Notes under the pieces: model-generated
What the model saw: only the letters and a program-made list of their open reading frames with translations
Database searches by the model: none
What the model was told of the DNA's origin: nothing
Shown: piece by piece, positions 35,212 through 48,242 of the stretch
How the letters are laid out: each line of letters begins with the position of its first letter
Numbering within the stretch: position 1 is the first letter of the stretch
From: Vitrella brassicaformis CCMP3155
Lineage: Eukaryota; Protista; Chromerida
Direction of reading: 5' to 3'
DNA: 64,000 bases
Assembly: GCA_001179505.1 (NCBI GenBank)
Contig: CDMY01000452.1
Coordinates: forward strand, 1 to 64,000
Position numbers and translations under genes: made by a program

Positions 35212-36033
35212 CGTATAGGCATTAGTGAGCTGACGGACGGATGTGTGTGTGCATGTGTGTCGCTGTCAGCCGCAGCAGCAGCAGCAGGAGCAGCCAATGC
35301 AGGATGAGATGATGAGACATGCACACCTACATGCAACATGCAACATGCAACCATGTCGTCTGTCCGTATGAACAGGAAGGGCCTCATCGGCCGACTGGAA
35401 TGTTTGAAAAAAGCGAAAAAGCCATACACATGCACACCACACACCAGCGATTTAGCGCGATGGACGCAACCTGTGGATGAACACACACCGACCGACACAT
35501 ACATATGCACACAGCCGACATATGCCCCCATCCATCTATCCATCCATCCACCTCTGCACCTGCATGAGCGTCATCCTGCCGTCCACGCAGTGGGCAACGG
35601 AGGGCAGGGAGGGGGGAACCACGGCACCCAGCCGCGCGGAGCAACATACGCTGTACACAAACCATGTAGGCTTAGCCAGGCGGGCAGGCAGGCAGGCAGG
35701 CAGACAGGCCAAAATCCATTGGGATGGAGCAGACACAGTGGTGAATGCGTCTGTCGGCATGAGTGCGATGGGTTCGTGTGCTCACATAGACACACAGACG
35801 TACGTACCACGCACAAACACTGGTTGACCTGCGCACGAAAAGAACTCTGAATTCCATGGACCATCAATTACAATTACCATTCAGGGCCGTTCAATAACAA
35901 ATAGCTTGTGTGACACAGGGGGAGGGAGGGAGGGAGGGAGCAAGGCCACGGAAAAACCACGTGCAATGCAGCACCTGTCTGTAGCAGCATCGACAGTGCC
36001 GCCCGTCCGTCATTCTCACACCTGCATTGCACC

Positions 36034-37608
36034 TCAGCCGTTTCCGCTGGTCCCATCCTTTGGCCCCGCAGGCTCGTCCGCCTGCTCGCCATCGTGGTCT
36101 TCGACAAAGGCCACGGTGTCATTGTTGCTGCCGCCCTTGTCGAATGGCATCAGCTGAAACGGCATCTCGGGGTCGATGATCGGCGGCGGCTCTTGCTTGG
36201 TGGTGGACAGGAATTTGGGCTCGGTCTGACTCCGACGCTGACAAGACTGGTCCTGCACACACAAAGACAGACACACACAGCAGTGATGGGAGACGGAGAG
36301 GGAGAGGGAGAAGGGAGAGAAACGTGTGTGTCTGTCTGGCTCTAACCTCCGGCTCGTCGACTTCCAGCGGGGGGAAGTCTGGATGGTCTTCGTAGTTGAG
36401 CCCCCATCCCTCGGGCAGCGAGGTGCCGCCCACCCTGGGGAGCACCTTGCTGCTGTATGGCTGGTCATCGCCATACGTGTCGTTGTACTGCACCGTCAGA
36501 CACGGGTCAAGCGACCACTGGAAAGACAGCTTGTTGCTTGTGGCCGTGAATTCATGGTCGCCGAAGAGCACGTCGGCCACACCGGCCCCCTCGGTGCCCG
36601 GCAGCCAGGCGGCGATGAAGGCGTCGCTCCAGTTGATCTCTTGATTCATGTAGACAGGCCGGCCGGAGCAGAGGATGGTGACGATGGTGATGTTGGGGTA
36701 GGTCTCCCTGACCTCTTGCAGGAAACGACGGTCGGACAGGCCGACGGGGGTGTTGCCGTGATCCCGAGACACTGGCCACTGTCGGTCGCCGAAATACTCT
36801 GGCACCCAATGACATGCACACAGACAGACAGGGAGGCAGGGAGGGAGGATGAGCCATCGGCCCACCTGTGCGTGCCCGTGTGTGGCGTGATGTATGTGGT
36901 GTTCTTGCCTGCGTATGGGTCTTCTGCCATGCAGACGATGACGGCGTCGTAGCTCTTGAGGTCAGGAATCGGTCCGCTGGTGTAGAGCGTCACACTCTCC
37001 GCCCCCACCACTTGCTTGATGCCATCGAGGATGGACTGGCCTTTGCCGAACAGGGAGTTCGGAAAAGAGGGGCTGCCTTGCCTGCGGTGTGACACACACA
37101 CACACATACACACGTGGGATCAGCCCGCCGTGAGTAAGCTTCTCGCGTGGCCGCCTTTCTGATTGTCCGCATCGCATCATCTCTCTCACCGACCAGTCTT
37201 TGGTCCATCCTCCGTTCTGCAGGCCGATGCTGTCGGCACACCGCCCAGCCACCAGATACTTGCCCTTCTTGGACAGGGGGATGGGCTGGCTGGCCGCCCT
37301 TCTCTCCCCGTTCTTGAGCATAACCAGTGACTTCCGCACCGCCTCACGCGCCGTGGCGCGGTGCTCCGCCGTCTCAAATACCGATTCGACACCCGCATGT
37401 GGCCGAGAGAGTGGTGCTTTGCGCTCGGGGTAGCCCGCTGCCACAAGGGCCGGTGTGGTGAAGGCGCCGTAGAGGCCCTTGACGGTGAGGATCCTCGTGA
37501 CGGCGTCGTTGATCCTCGCCATTGGGATGGCCCCACTGTTGGCCGATTGGATGGTGTTCTCGAGGAGGGTCTTCCACTGGTCACTGGAGGTCATCACAAT
37601 GTCAAGAC

Positions 37609-37639
<31 letters not shown>

Positions 37640-39954
37640 GCCAGCCGCATGCAGAGAGACTGTGGTGGTGTTCTATGGTGACTTCTCCTTCACCAGCCGA
37701 CCCACCTGCAATGAACGTCTGGTCGCATTTGGTGGCGGAGCAGCCCTCCACCTGTGCGTGGCCATTCCAGTCGCCCACCACCAGCCCGGCGAAGCCGAGG
37801 TTCTCCTTGAGCACTTCGGTGAGCATGAACTCGTTGCCGTGTGTCTTGATGCCGTTCCACGAGCTGAAGGAGGCCATGACCGTCTGCACGCCGGCCTCGA
37901 TCGACTTGAAGTATGCCGACAGGTGGGTGTCTTTCAGTTCCTGCAGCGTGGCCTTGGTGTCGCCCTGGTCCACCCCGCCCTCCGTCCCCCCGTCGCCTCC
38001 CCAGTGCTTGGCGCACGCCAGCACCCTCTCCGGACCCAGAAAGGGAAACGCACCGTCTGCCACGCCCTGCAGGCCTGAGTGGTGCAGGCAGCCGACAAAC
38101 ACTCACAGCTGGCTCAGTCTATCTGTGTGGGTGCACGGAAACGGATCCATTGCTGTACCTTTGATCAAGTGCGAGGCCAGATTTTGGACGATGACTGGGT
38201 CCTGCAGACACACAGAGAGAGAGGCGCACGAGCATCAATGCCCATAATGCGTCCACTGAGGCTATGTTTCTTGGTCTGTCTCCCTCCCTCCCTCACCTGG
38301 CTGTATGACTCGTATGTCCGCCCCCACCGCGTGTTTTGCGCGACAGCGTGTGTGGGCGCGAAGGCCCAGTCACACCCAGTGGCCTGCATCTCCTTGGCCG
38401 TGATGCGGCCGATCTTCTGCATGAGTGCGGGATCGTTGGCGCAGCCCAGCCCTATGTTGTGCGGGAACAGCGTGGCCTGCGGGAGGTTGCTGTGCCCGTG
38501 GATGGCGTCGATGCCGAATAGGGGGTGGATAATCGCGTCGTCCACTTTTGTGGCGGCGTTCCAGTAGGCCTGCAGAGTGGTCGCCCACTCCTTGGCGGTG
38601 TTGTCGCCCATGTCTTCGTTGCCGCCCTGCAGGTGGGATCCGATGTTGTTGGCGGCCATCTCTGCGGCAGTGATGGTGGTCTGCAGCGGCATGAGCATCT
38701 GGCCGCACTTATGCGCGACCGTCATCTTGTCCACGATCCGCGCCACCTCGCTCACAATGATCTTTGGAAGGGCCGGAGACTTGACGTCCGAAGGCCAAGT
38801 CACACCGGCTGCGCAGCATACAGACAGCATCGAGAGTGAGGTGACGCACTGCGCCGCTCACTCACGTTCTCGGTTGACATATTTGCATCTCCCGCCCTCA
38901 GTTTGGGTGAACCCGTCTCGACACTTCTCGCAGGTCTCGTTGTCCTTAGCGCACTTGTCGCAGCCGGCCACCTGGCAGCCGTCATCTGTGGGGTCTTCCA
39001 CCTTCTTGCAGTCGAGCCGGGCGCTCTTGACGCCCTGCTTGAAGCCCATTCTTTCGACGGCCTCCTCGTCCTTGAGCTCACAGCGCCCATTGGTGTAGAA
39101 CGAGAAGGCCTCGCAGTCGGGTGTGGTGGCACACTCGTGGTGGCACTCAGCAAGAGAGGATGTCAACCTGGTGGAAGAAGGAGTAGGAGGGTCTTGCCAG
39201 GTTCGGCTGCGTCAGAGTGCATTGCGTACGATGCCTGTGCGACGTCGTTCTGCTGCCCGTCGCCGAAGGCCACATCGTCCAACACGTTGCACCTCTGCAT
39301 AGCTAAACAAAACGAAACGAAGCACACACAGGCGGGATGGATGTCCTTGACCCTTGATACCTGGAATGTCCTTTGCTTACGTTTGCACTGGTTGTCGCTG
39401 GGTGACACGAAGAACCCCACCTCGCAAAGCTGACACTCTTCCTCCCCGTCCGCCGCCTTGCCGCAGCTCCTGCACTGGGTCCTCGCCGTCGAGCACTGCT
39501 TCTCCTCCAGCCCCCCCAACACTCCACCACCGTCACCGACCAGGCCTTCAGTGCTGGCGGCCGAAGCCAGGCCCGTCGCCACACAGTCGCGCAGCCCTGA
39601 CACGACTGTCAGTGAGCCGTCGCTGCTGTTTGTGAAGAGGGTAGGGGTCTCTGCTTTGCCCTTGAGGTAGCAGCCGACGTCGTGTTCCGTCTTCATGAAG
39701 GTGAAGGCCTGGCAGACGGGCCGGGAGAGGCACTTGTCGCGGCAGAGGGGGAGCTTCGACGCCTTGGGGTCGTTGATGAAGACTTCGATGTCGTATGAGG
39801 CGATGGCGCCGCTGGCGAGGCACCCGTCTGACTTTTTAAAAGGCGCCCTGGGGCTGTCGACTCCGAGGGGGATGGCTGACTCGAAGCGGACGTGCTCTTC
39901 GGCCGAAGTCAGCCCTGCGGCAACCGTCAATACGATTAAGGTCAGGTGGAACAT
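36034..39954 (-). CDS. Secreted GH3 beta-glucosidase/exo-glucanase with N-terminal PAN/apple and Cys-rich modules
   Basis: Signal MFHLTLIVLTVAAGLTSA; GIDAIHGHSN..ATLFPHNIGLG, RWGRTYESYS, KHWGGDGGT, nucleophile motif LVVGDWNG, acid/base region MAEDPYAEYFGD; two PAN-like and two CxxC..CxxC modules upstream. Confidence 0.9.
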
Positions 39955-40263
39955 TGACCGCGTCTCTCCAACGGCCAATCACACGTATTAAAAAATAAAA
40001 GCCCGCACACAAGAGATGGACACATGGCTCATCCGCTCTACGACGGCTGTCTACGGCGTGTCGTCGCCTGATGGAATGTGCTCCCGACTTCTCATGCGCA
40101 TTTTAGTCATTGCCGTTTGTGGCGAGTATTATTCTCAACGGCCGCAGACCCCTCTTCTCTTCGCTGTCCGTCGGTGAAGCGGTCCCTGGCAGTGTTTTGT
40201 TCTCTCTTGTCGGCTTCAGTCTCCCTCGCCCCTCCCACTCAGCTGACCAAGGAGGCCTCAGTG

Positions 40264-41300
40264 ATGCGGTCGTTTGTGCTGTCCCCCGCCGTCATGTGGC
40301 TCGTCGTCTCACTGGCAGGTGGGCACCGCCCGCACACACACCACTCTGACATTTCTCTGTCTGTCTGTCTGGCTGTCTGGTGTGCTCTCTGGCCGTCTGT
40401 GTGTGTGGTCAGCCTTTCCCTCGTGGCTGGTGCCGCTGTGTGCCGCGAGCGGTGCCGGCCTCCTCCGCCCCAACACAGCGCCCACCTTGATCAGCGCCAA
40501 TGACACCACGGCCGGGGCCGAGAAGAGGCGATTGCACCCGCCAGACGTCGAGTACGCTCTCACGCACACGGCCGGCCGTGACCTCTTGACACACGTGGCT
40601 GCATGACACTGTCCTGTTTGTTTGCCTGCAGATGTGTGTTCCAAGGATCAGTTTATTCCGGAAACGGGGGACTGTGGAGGCAATCCCATACCGACCATCG
40701 TCATCAACCGGGGCCAGGTGCGCACCTGACGACACTGAGCCCATCGAGGCGATGCATCATTGGACACACACGGGGGGCGTGTGGTGTGCACTCGTGTGTC
40801 GTGTCAGATTCGAATCGGGGTCATTGAGGAGCTGCCCGAGGGTCCTTTCAATGCTGACGGTGTAGTCGCAGTGGCCTCCATTGGCGGTGATCCCGTGGAT
40901 CAGACGGGTGACGATGTGATGAGCGTCTCAGTGGTAAGCACAGCGCACATTCTGTGTCTATGGCCGTGTGGATGACCCGACTCAATGCAGGAGGTTGGCG
41001 ATCAAGATTGGTTATTACCGTCGTCGATGGGATTACGACTATCGAAGTCGAGAGTTTTGATGAGACGTACCATGTCAACATCGTGGTCACGTTCCACGAG
41101 GGCGCGAGCCGCCCTAACGGCTTCTGAATACGTATTTCGGGCTGTTGAATGCTTGGAAGATGAGGACTGCTGTGATGAGGGAGACCCGGAAGAGTGCTTA
41201 GAAGAGTGTAACGAGAACTTCAGGTGTGAATCTTTTGCGGAGCCCGGAAAAAGGCGACGGGTGTGACAACAACTTCAGGTGTGAACTGTGTCCGCCTTAG
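40264..41300 (+). pseudogene. Cassette gene copy C: frameshifts in exons 3 and 5
   Basis: Exons 40264-40318, 40413-40551, 40632-40717 (86 nt, out of phase), 40808-40933, 40991-41300. The conserved ITTIEVESFDETYHVNIVVTFHEG and VECLEDEDC segments lie in different frames. Confidence 0.75.
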
Positions 41301-41311
41301 ACTGTGAGCGT

Positions 41312-41611
41312 NNNNNNNNNNNNNNNNNNNNNNNNNNNNNNNNNNNNNNNNNNNNNNNNNNNNNNNNNNNNNNNNNNNNNNNNNNNNNNNNNNNNNNNNN
41401 NNNNNNNNNNNNNNNNNNNNNNNNNNNNNNNNNNNNNNNNNNNNNNNNNNNNNNNNNNNNNNNNNNNNNNNNNNNNNNNNNNNNNNNNNNNNNNNNNNNN
41501 NNNNNNNNNNNNNNNNNNNNNNNNNNNNNNNNNNNNNNNNNNNNNNNNNNNNNNNNNNNNNNNNNNNNNNNNNNNNNNNNNNNNNNNNNNNNNNNNNNNN
41601 NNNNNNNNNNN
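41312..41611. other. Assembly gap (300 N)
   Basis: Run of N within the repetitive cassette downstream flank. Confidence 1.
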
Positions 41612-42477
41612 TGGCTCTCTCTCTGTCTCGCGAATGTGCGAGCGGCCCAGGCGGTGTGTGCGATGCTCTCGTGGGGCCGTTGATGCGATCCGCCTGACTG
41701 GCCGATTGGTGTGTGTGAGAGGGGGCAAAGGCGGACAGCCGGCCGCCTGTGGGAACGGCTGAGCGGTCGTCATGTCTGTCTGTCTGTCTGTCGCATTGGG
41801 TGTGGGGGACACTCGTGAGTGATTGTGGGTGGGCGGTGGGCTGACTGACTGGGGAGGGGGGGCGATGCAGCCATGTCCGCCTGCAGTGGTCTGGTCGGTT
41901 GTGTGTTGGGGGCATCTGCACACACACACCCGCTCCCGCACACACCAGACGGCCGTGCAAATGCACCCACACACTCAAAAACAAGTGTACAGTCCATCTA
42001 GCGAGAAAAGGAGGGCTGGTTTTCCTTGTCGTGCGGGAATGTCTGCTTATCTCTGTCTGTGTATTGGGTGGGTGTATGGTCATTGTACGTGTTGGCAAAG
42101 CAGGTGTGTGGGAAGTGGTCAGCTCGTGACGTAAGACCGATTCCTTCAAGACGTTGACCCGCGCACGGCATTTCCGAACCTACAGCGGGTCAACACGAGA
42201 GCAGCCGGTCAACACACACACAGACTTAGTCGTTCGTTGATCTGAACCAGTTGATCTCAGTAGTGCATCCAGATCATCCGAGAAAGACATCCGTCATCCA
42301 ATCAGGCTCCCCTCTTCTCGCTACCCGCTTACTGCCGTTTGTGGCGCGGGAAGAAAATCCTTTGCATTTGGTGTTTCACCTGTGGCTCGTCGTCTCCTTG
42401 CGCTTGTGTCCAGTCAGTCATACGTATAGATATATACATCGACTTAAATATACGCTGTCTGCCTGTCGATCACATTT

Positions 42478-42840
42478 TTAGTTCTCTTTTTTAATTCTCT
42501 TCGAAGTCAAGCGCCATTCTAAGTGCCCCACAAGCGTGTGGTAGACGACCTTTCTGACCCGCGCCTTGTCGAACTTGACACGCAGACCTGGTTGGTGGAA
42601 GAGAAAACAACACGTGCTTCTGTCCAGACTTTTCTGTCTGTGTGCCCGCGTGTCGAACACTCGTCCATCAGCTGCTTGTCTGACAGACAGACAGACAGAC
42701 GAACAGGCATCCTGCCTGTCTCTTTGCCGTGTATGTTTGTGTGTTGGTGATGCGCACGTACAGCCTTTGAGACACTCAGGCCTGTCTTCCTGCAGCCCTT
42801 GGAGGACCTTCTTGGCCTGCTGCAGTTCGGGGTCATCCAA

Positions 42841-42873
<33 letters not shown>

Positions 42874-43183
42874 CCGCCACTCACGTCAGTCACGTTGATG
42901 AAAGATACTGACTGCAGTTGCTCCAGCTTAGCCTCGAGGTCGCGCTCTGCCCAATCAATCCCGTCTAGAGCTTTCTCCGTCGCGTTCACCATGCACTGAA
43001 GCGCGTATGTCATGGGCTCAACCGTCACCTCCTTCTCTCCCTGGTTGATTGATTGGTGACAAACGAGGATTGGCTTTCAAGCCAGCGAACCTATCGCGTG
43101 CAGCGCTCGCAAGCCTACGGTAGTCGATGGTGATTTGAGCCATTCCAGACTCTCATGAAAAGCTAAGTTCTGTGACACACACG

Positions 43184-43220
<37 letters not shown>

Positions 43221-43685
43221 CAGAGTCCGTGATAGGCGCTCGCTCACCAGGATCCATTCGGCCCTGGCACTCACAACCGTCTAACCACACACACATATGC
43301 ACACAGGTGGGTAAGGTGGGGTGTGATGTGCCTGCCTGCCTTGCCTGCTTACACTTGCGTGAAGGGCACTTTCAGCCTTCGTCTTGTGCACGCGTCGCAT
43401 CCTGATCAGCAAGCGATCCACATGGAGGTGTGGACGGGCCCGAGCTGTGGTGAACCGCGGTGGCGTGACGAATGGTGTGCTCGTGCCGGTGGCTTCAGAC
43501 AGTGCTGCTGCAGTTGGCAAAGGGAGTGTCATGACGACCTGATGCGCAGGCAGATCCAGGACGATAGCCAGCACCGCAATGGCCCAAAGCCACTGCAGCC
43601 AGTTCACCACACACACACGCAAGACAGTCGCGACGTGATACCCTAAGGGTGAGCATGCATCTGTGTGTCCATACCTGTTGCCCAT
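42478..43685 (-). CDS. Hypothetical multi-exon protein
   Basis: Coding-like exons (ATEKALDGIDWAERDLEAKLEQLQ; LDDPELQQAKKVLQGLQE) with GT/AG ends; start and exon chain uncertain. Confidence 0.35.
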
Positions 43686-43702
43686 GGTGTGATCTATCCA
43701 TC

Positions 43703-45896
43703 ATGGGCGTGACACACACAGCCCTCCGCGTGTCACGGAAGAAACCACGCGCCTCTTGCCGCACCCTGCAGGACACACACCGAAAGAAAGACGACGGGAC
43801 TCATAGATTTCCGTTGAAAGCAAGTCATCCAGTCCGTCTTGCCTACCTGAGCTGCGCTGGTGAGCTTCGCGACGATGAAAAAGGGAGAACGATCGACTAC
43901 AAGCCGAGCTCGCATTTCTTGGCGCCAGATTTCGAGAGGTAAGTTCTCTGAGGTCCGTGTGGACAGATGCGCACGTGTAACACTTGGACAACACAACACT
44001 CGTTCGCTGTGTTTGTCTTCAGCCTTCGTGGTGTTTGTACCCGCCTCGAGATTCAGGACGAAGTGGTCAGGAAGGTGACTGTTTGTCGAGCCCTTGAAAG
44101 CTGAGAAGGTAGCCCATGTGATGGATAGATGGGCTCATGTGAAAACAGTGTGACACACCATTTGTGTGTGTGATGGTTGGTTTATGCCTCCCTCCCTCCC
44201 TCCCTCCAGCAGGAACTTGAGCAGGAATTCGAAGGAAGGATGCATCGGTTCGCAGCCCTCTCACTGCGGCACACAGCCATGGCGGCAAAGGTACACACAC
44301 ATCGGCCTGGATGGATGGATGGATCAATGAGTCACGCCTTACTCGGGATCTGTTATCTGCAGGTGTCGCCGGCGCGTTTCGTGTGCGTGGCCAAGGCGGG
44401 GCTGCAGGCCACAGGGAGCTCCTACACCGGTACACACAGCACCAAACACAGCAAAGGAGCACAGCAAGGCCAAGTAGGCAGTCGTATATATGTGTGTGTA
44501 AGTAGGTGTCAGTGTGTCGTGTCGGATGTTTGCGACTGCCGGGGCGCGGATGAAGGCGGAGGACTGGTGCGGCAAGGTGGGCAGCTGACACACAGCACAT
44601 GAGGGAATGGCACCTTCGCATACACATGATAACACACGTGTGCGTGTCTAGATCTTCGATGCGATTGACTTCAATAAGGTACACACGGATGGCATGCATT
44701 AAGGTTGGTTATCATTCGCACGTCGACACGTCTGCCTTTCATTTGCCCGTCCATCCTCATTGATTCACCCGTCCTTCCTAAGAACGGATACCTGGACAAG
44801 GACGAGGTGAGTGAGCCATTTCAGCTTGACGCATGTGCGTGCCCCACTACACTCGCCGTGTGTGTGTGTGTGTTGCGTGTCTGTCTGTCATCAATCGCCA
44901 GGTCAAGAAGATAGTGCTGTGTTTCGGGGAGAACCACGAGCAGGCCGAACTGAGATGGGCCAAGTGAGTAGGGCGAGCAAGCAACGACGCCTAACACACA
45001 CACACACACACACGCACCCACCCACCACATGCAGGCTGCTGGAGCATGTCGACACCAACAAGGACAGCAAGATATCCCGGTGAGTACGGACACATATTAG
45101 CATATGCGTGGCGCCCGATCACTGTCTGTCTGTCTCTTTCCTGACGGGGGTGTGTGTAGTTCCGAGTACGTGTCGTACTGGAAGAACCAAACAAGTGACA
45201 AAGTCGAAAAGGACGGTACACAAGCACGCAGGCAATCACGTGGACAGACTGGCTGGCACCTACATGTCCGTGTGTGCGTGTGTGGGTGCAGGTGGCTACA
45301 GCAAGGACTACGAGGAGTATCTCGCCAACTATATCGGTACGCACAAGCATACCCACTGCCTGCCTCCATTGGACCCTGCATGTCTTGTGTTGTGTTGGGC
45401 TCTTGTTGGGCTCTGCGTGTGTGTGTGTGTGGTTTGGCGCAGACCTGCTCAAAATCAAGGTGAGTCCGAGCTGACACGCTTCCCTCATCACGACACCGTG
45501 ACGCCGTCAACTTGTCTGTATTAGCTGCGTATGAACACACACACATATACCATTTTTACCAATGGTTGGTTGGTTGGCTGCTTGCATGTGGCTGGTTGGT
45601 TGGTTGGCTGGATAGAGCCAGCAGCACGAGCAGGAACTGGCAGACGAGAGAAGACAAGATACCGACACTGACACGGCAGCTGTACGCAAGCTACATCACA
45701 CCACACCACACACACACAGCGGACAGACAGACAGACAGACAGACAGACATCCCTGTGCGTGTAATGTACTAATGATAGCCTATTTGCATGAGCGTGCTTC
45801 GATACTTACACCGCCACCCTGCAATCACGTGCTCTCTTGTCCCGTGTCTGTGTGTCTGTGTGTGTGCAGGCCAAGAGCGTTATCGGCGGCAAGTGA
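43703..45896 (+). CDS. EF-hand calcium-binding protein, many short exons
   Basis: Splicing builds two canonical 12-residue loops, DFNK/NGYLDKDE and DTNKDSKISR/SE. Start codon uncertain; last exon AKSVIGGK*. Confidence 0.65.
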
Positions 45897-46467
45897 TGAT
45901 GGACAGACCGGCACACACGGACGGCCGGGAGGGTGGATGCCCACAGACTGCCCGCAGTAGTGGATGGATGGATGGATGGACGCATGCGCATTTTGTCTGT
46001 CTGCGTGGGTATATCACTAACATATACAGTGTGTATGCAATCAATCGATCGATCATGCAGTCTGTTTGTCGGTATGTATGGTGTGGTATGGGTGGGTATG
46101 ACGCATGACTGACTATAGAGGTTGGTTGGCTAGACGGCCGTGTGTGTGCAGACTGACACTTCTTCTGTGTGTAACTGGGCGGGCCGGGGAGTGGGTGGGC
46201 GAGCGGTCGGGGGCCCATGCATGGATGGATGGATGGACGCGCGAAGGACAACCTAGCGCAGGCTGTCTAGTCTCGTTTTGTCCGTCGTTTCGATCGAACG
46301 AGAGACCCATCATGGTCCTTCACGTACCCTGCTTATGGACATGGACCAACTCAAGGCTGTGTTCGACGCACTAAAGCTACACAACACAAGAAAAAGCTAG
46401 CTAGCAAAAGCAGCAGCTCGTTGCGCACTCGAGTGGGGCTGCCGACACCTGACACAAGACACACACA

Positions 46468-48202
46468 TTACACACACACGGGGGCTGTGGGCCCTGTGTG
46501 TGCCGGCTGCCAGCCAGTGGATTGCATTGCGTACGTGTGTTCGGGGCAGAGTTTGTCTTCGGTCGGCATCGGGGCCATCCACTTCTCAAAACACTCCTGA
46601 CACACAACCTGACACACACACAGACGACACGCAGAAACGTATTGCTCTTTCTCTCTGTCCCATGCAACCGTGTAAGCCTTCTGACTCACTTTATGTCCGC
46701 AGGGCAGCAGGATGATGTCTGGCGGCTTCTCTAAGCACAGCTGGCACTTGCTCTCTCCCAGCCAAACACCGCCACCCACACCACTGCTGCCACTGGACGA
46801 TGGCGCAGCACATGGGCCATTTGCCTGTGCCGAGCTGCTGCTGCTACTAGCACTGGCAGCTGCTGCTGCTGGTGGTGGTAACGCGCTGGCGTCATCCACG
46901 GTGAGAGAGAAGGGCATGCAGGGGACGGTGGCGTGGAAGGGGACAGCTGCTGCTGCAGACGAGGATGGTGCGGATGGTTGGCTGGGCTGCTGCAGCTGGA
47001 TCTGTCGCTCGATGGCGGCCTGGTGCACTAGGGCGAGGTCGTCGAGCAAGCGACGCACCGACGGCAAATCGAGAGACGACACGCCTTCAGCACTGAGACG
47101 ACTGCACCACACACAGCAGCAGACATGTCCACAGCTGCTTCCGGGGTGTGTGTGTGGTGACCTGTGTGGTGGCTGTGCCGATGACAGCTGCTGCTTGAGC
47201 ACTAGGTTCTCCCGTCTCAGCGGCGCCTCCGCCTCGCGCAGCCGACGCAGCTCGCCGTCTCTCTCCTGATCTACACGCGCTGACCTGCACACACACATCA
47301 ACACACACATGTCATAAGATCAGCAGCATCTGTCGGAGGATGGCCTCCTTCTCTCTGTCTGCTTGGCTGGCTGGCTGACCTGATTCGTTCTTCCCTCAGT
47401 CGTTGCCTCAGCTGATCCCTCTCGCGCGTCACGTCGGCCAGGGCCCTCTCAACCGCCACACGCATCTCTGTCTGCTGCTCGATGGCCGTCCGGTGCTGCG
47501 CCCTCAGTTCCAAAATGGCCGACCGGTGCTCGCCACGCAGTCGGTCCAGCTCCTCTCTGTGCTGCTTGGTGATGGTGTCCATGTGTGTCTTGGCGGCCTT
47601 GTCGGCCTCCTCCCGCACCAACTGGCTCACTCGACGCACACGGTCGTCGGCACTGCACACACAGACACCAGACAGACAGACAGACAGACAGGGGGGGGTT
47701 CTTCATTGTGTGTGTGTGGCGAGTTGGGTTTACGTCTTTTGTGTCTGTTTGATTTGTTTGTCTTTGTCTTTGAGGATGTCCTCGAGAGTGCTGCGCTGCG
47801 CGTCGGCGGCCTTCCTCTCCTTCTCAGCCATCTCCCGCGACGCAGCCAACTCAACGGTCAACCTACACACCGACGCACACATCCACACAACACACATAAG
47901 AGATGTCCACGTGTGTATCCGTGCGTGTGACGTGATGGACATGGTGTGACTTGAGCACCCACCCGTTGATATCGTCTCTGGCTCGTCTGATGCTCTCGTT
48001 GAACTGGTCCTTCTGCTTTTTGTTGGCGTCAAGCGCCCTCCTGAGCTGCTCCTTCAGCTGCTCAAGCTGCGTCGTACGGGCATCGTGGGCCTCTCCAGCT
48101 GTGCTGCCTGACGGCTTGTGCTGCGCTCGTGTCGGCGATGATGACTTGGCGGACCGGCAGGAGTCACCCGTCGGGCTGGCCGAGCGACCCACACTGTGAC
48201 AC

Positions 48203-48242
<40 letters not shown>

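Larger units (their letters stand above)
40135..42040 (+). repeat. Dispersed cassette copy C (interrupted by assembly gap)
   Basis: Collinear with A and B from about 40135/40170 to about 42040. Confidence 0.85.

Noticed and set aside
336-42040. Calling the cassette a defined transposon (LTR, TIR or Helitron)
   Set aside because: I found no transposase, reverse transcriptase, terminal inverted repeats or target-site duplications, and copy ends are ragged, so it is reported only as a dispersed repeat.
43733-44000. Minus-strand LPLEIWRQE F-box-like string
   Set aside because: It overlaps phase-consistent plus-strand exons of the EF-hand gene and is probably antisense coincidence.
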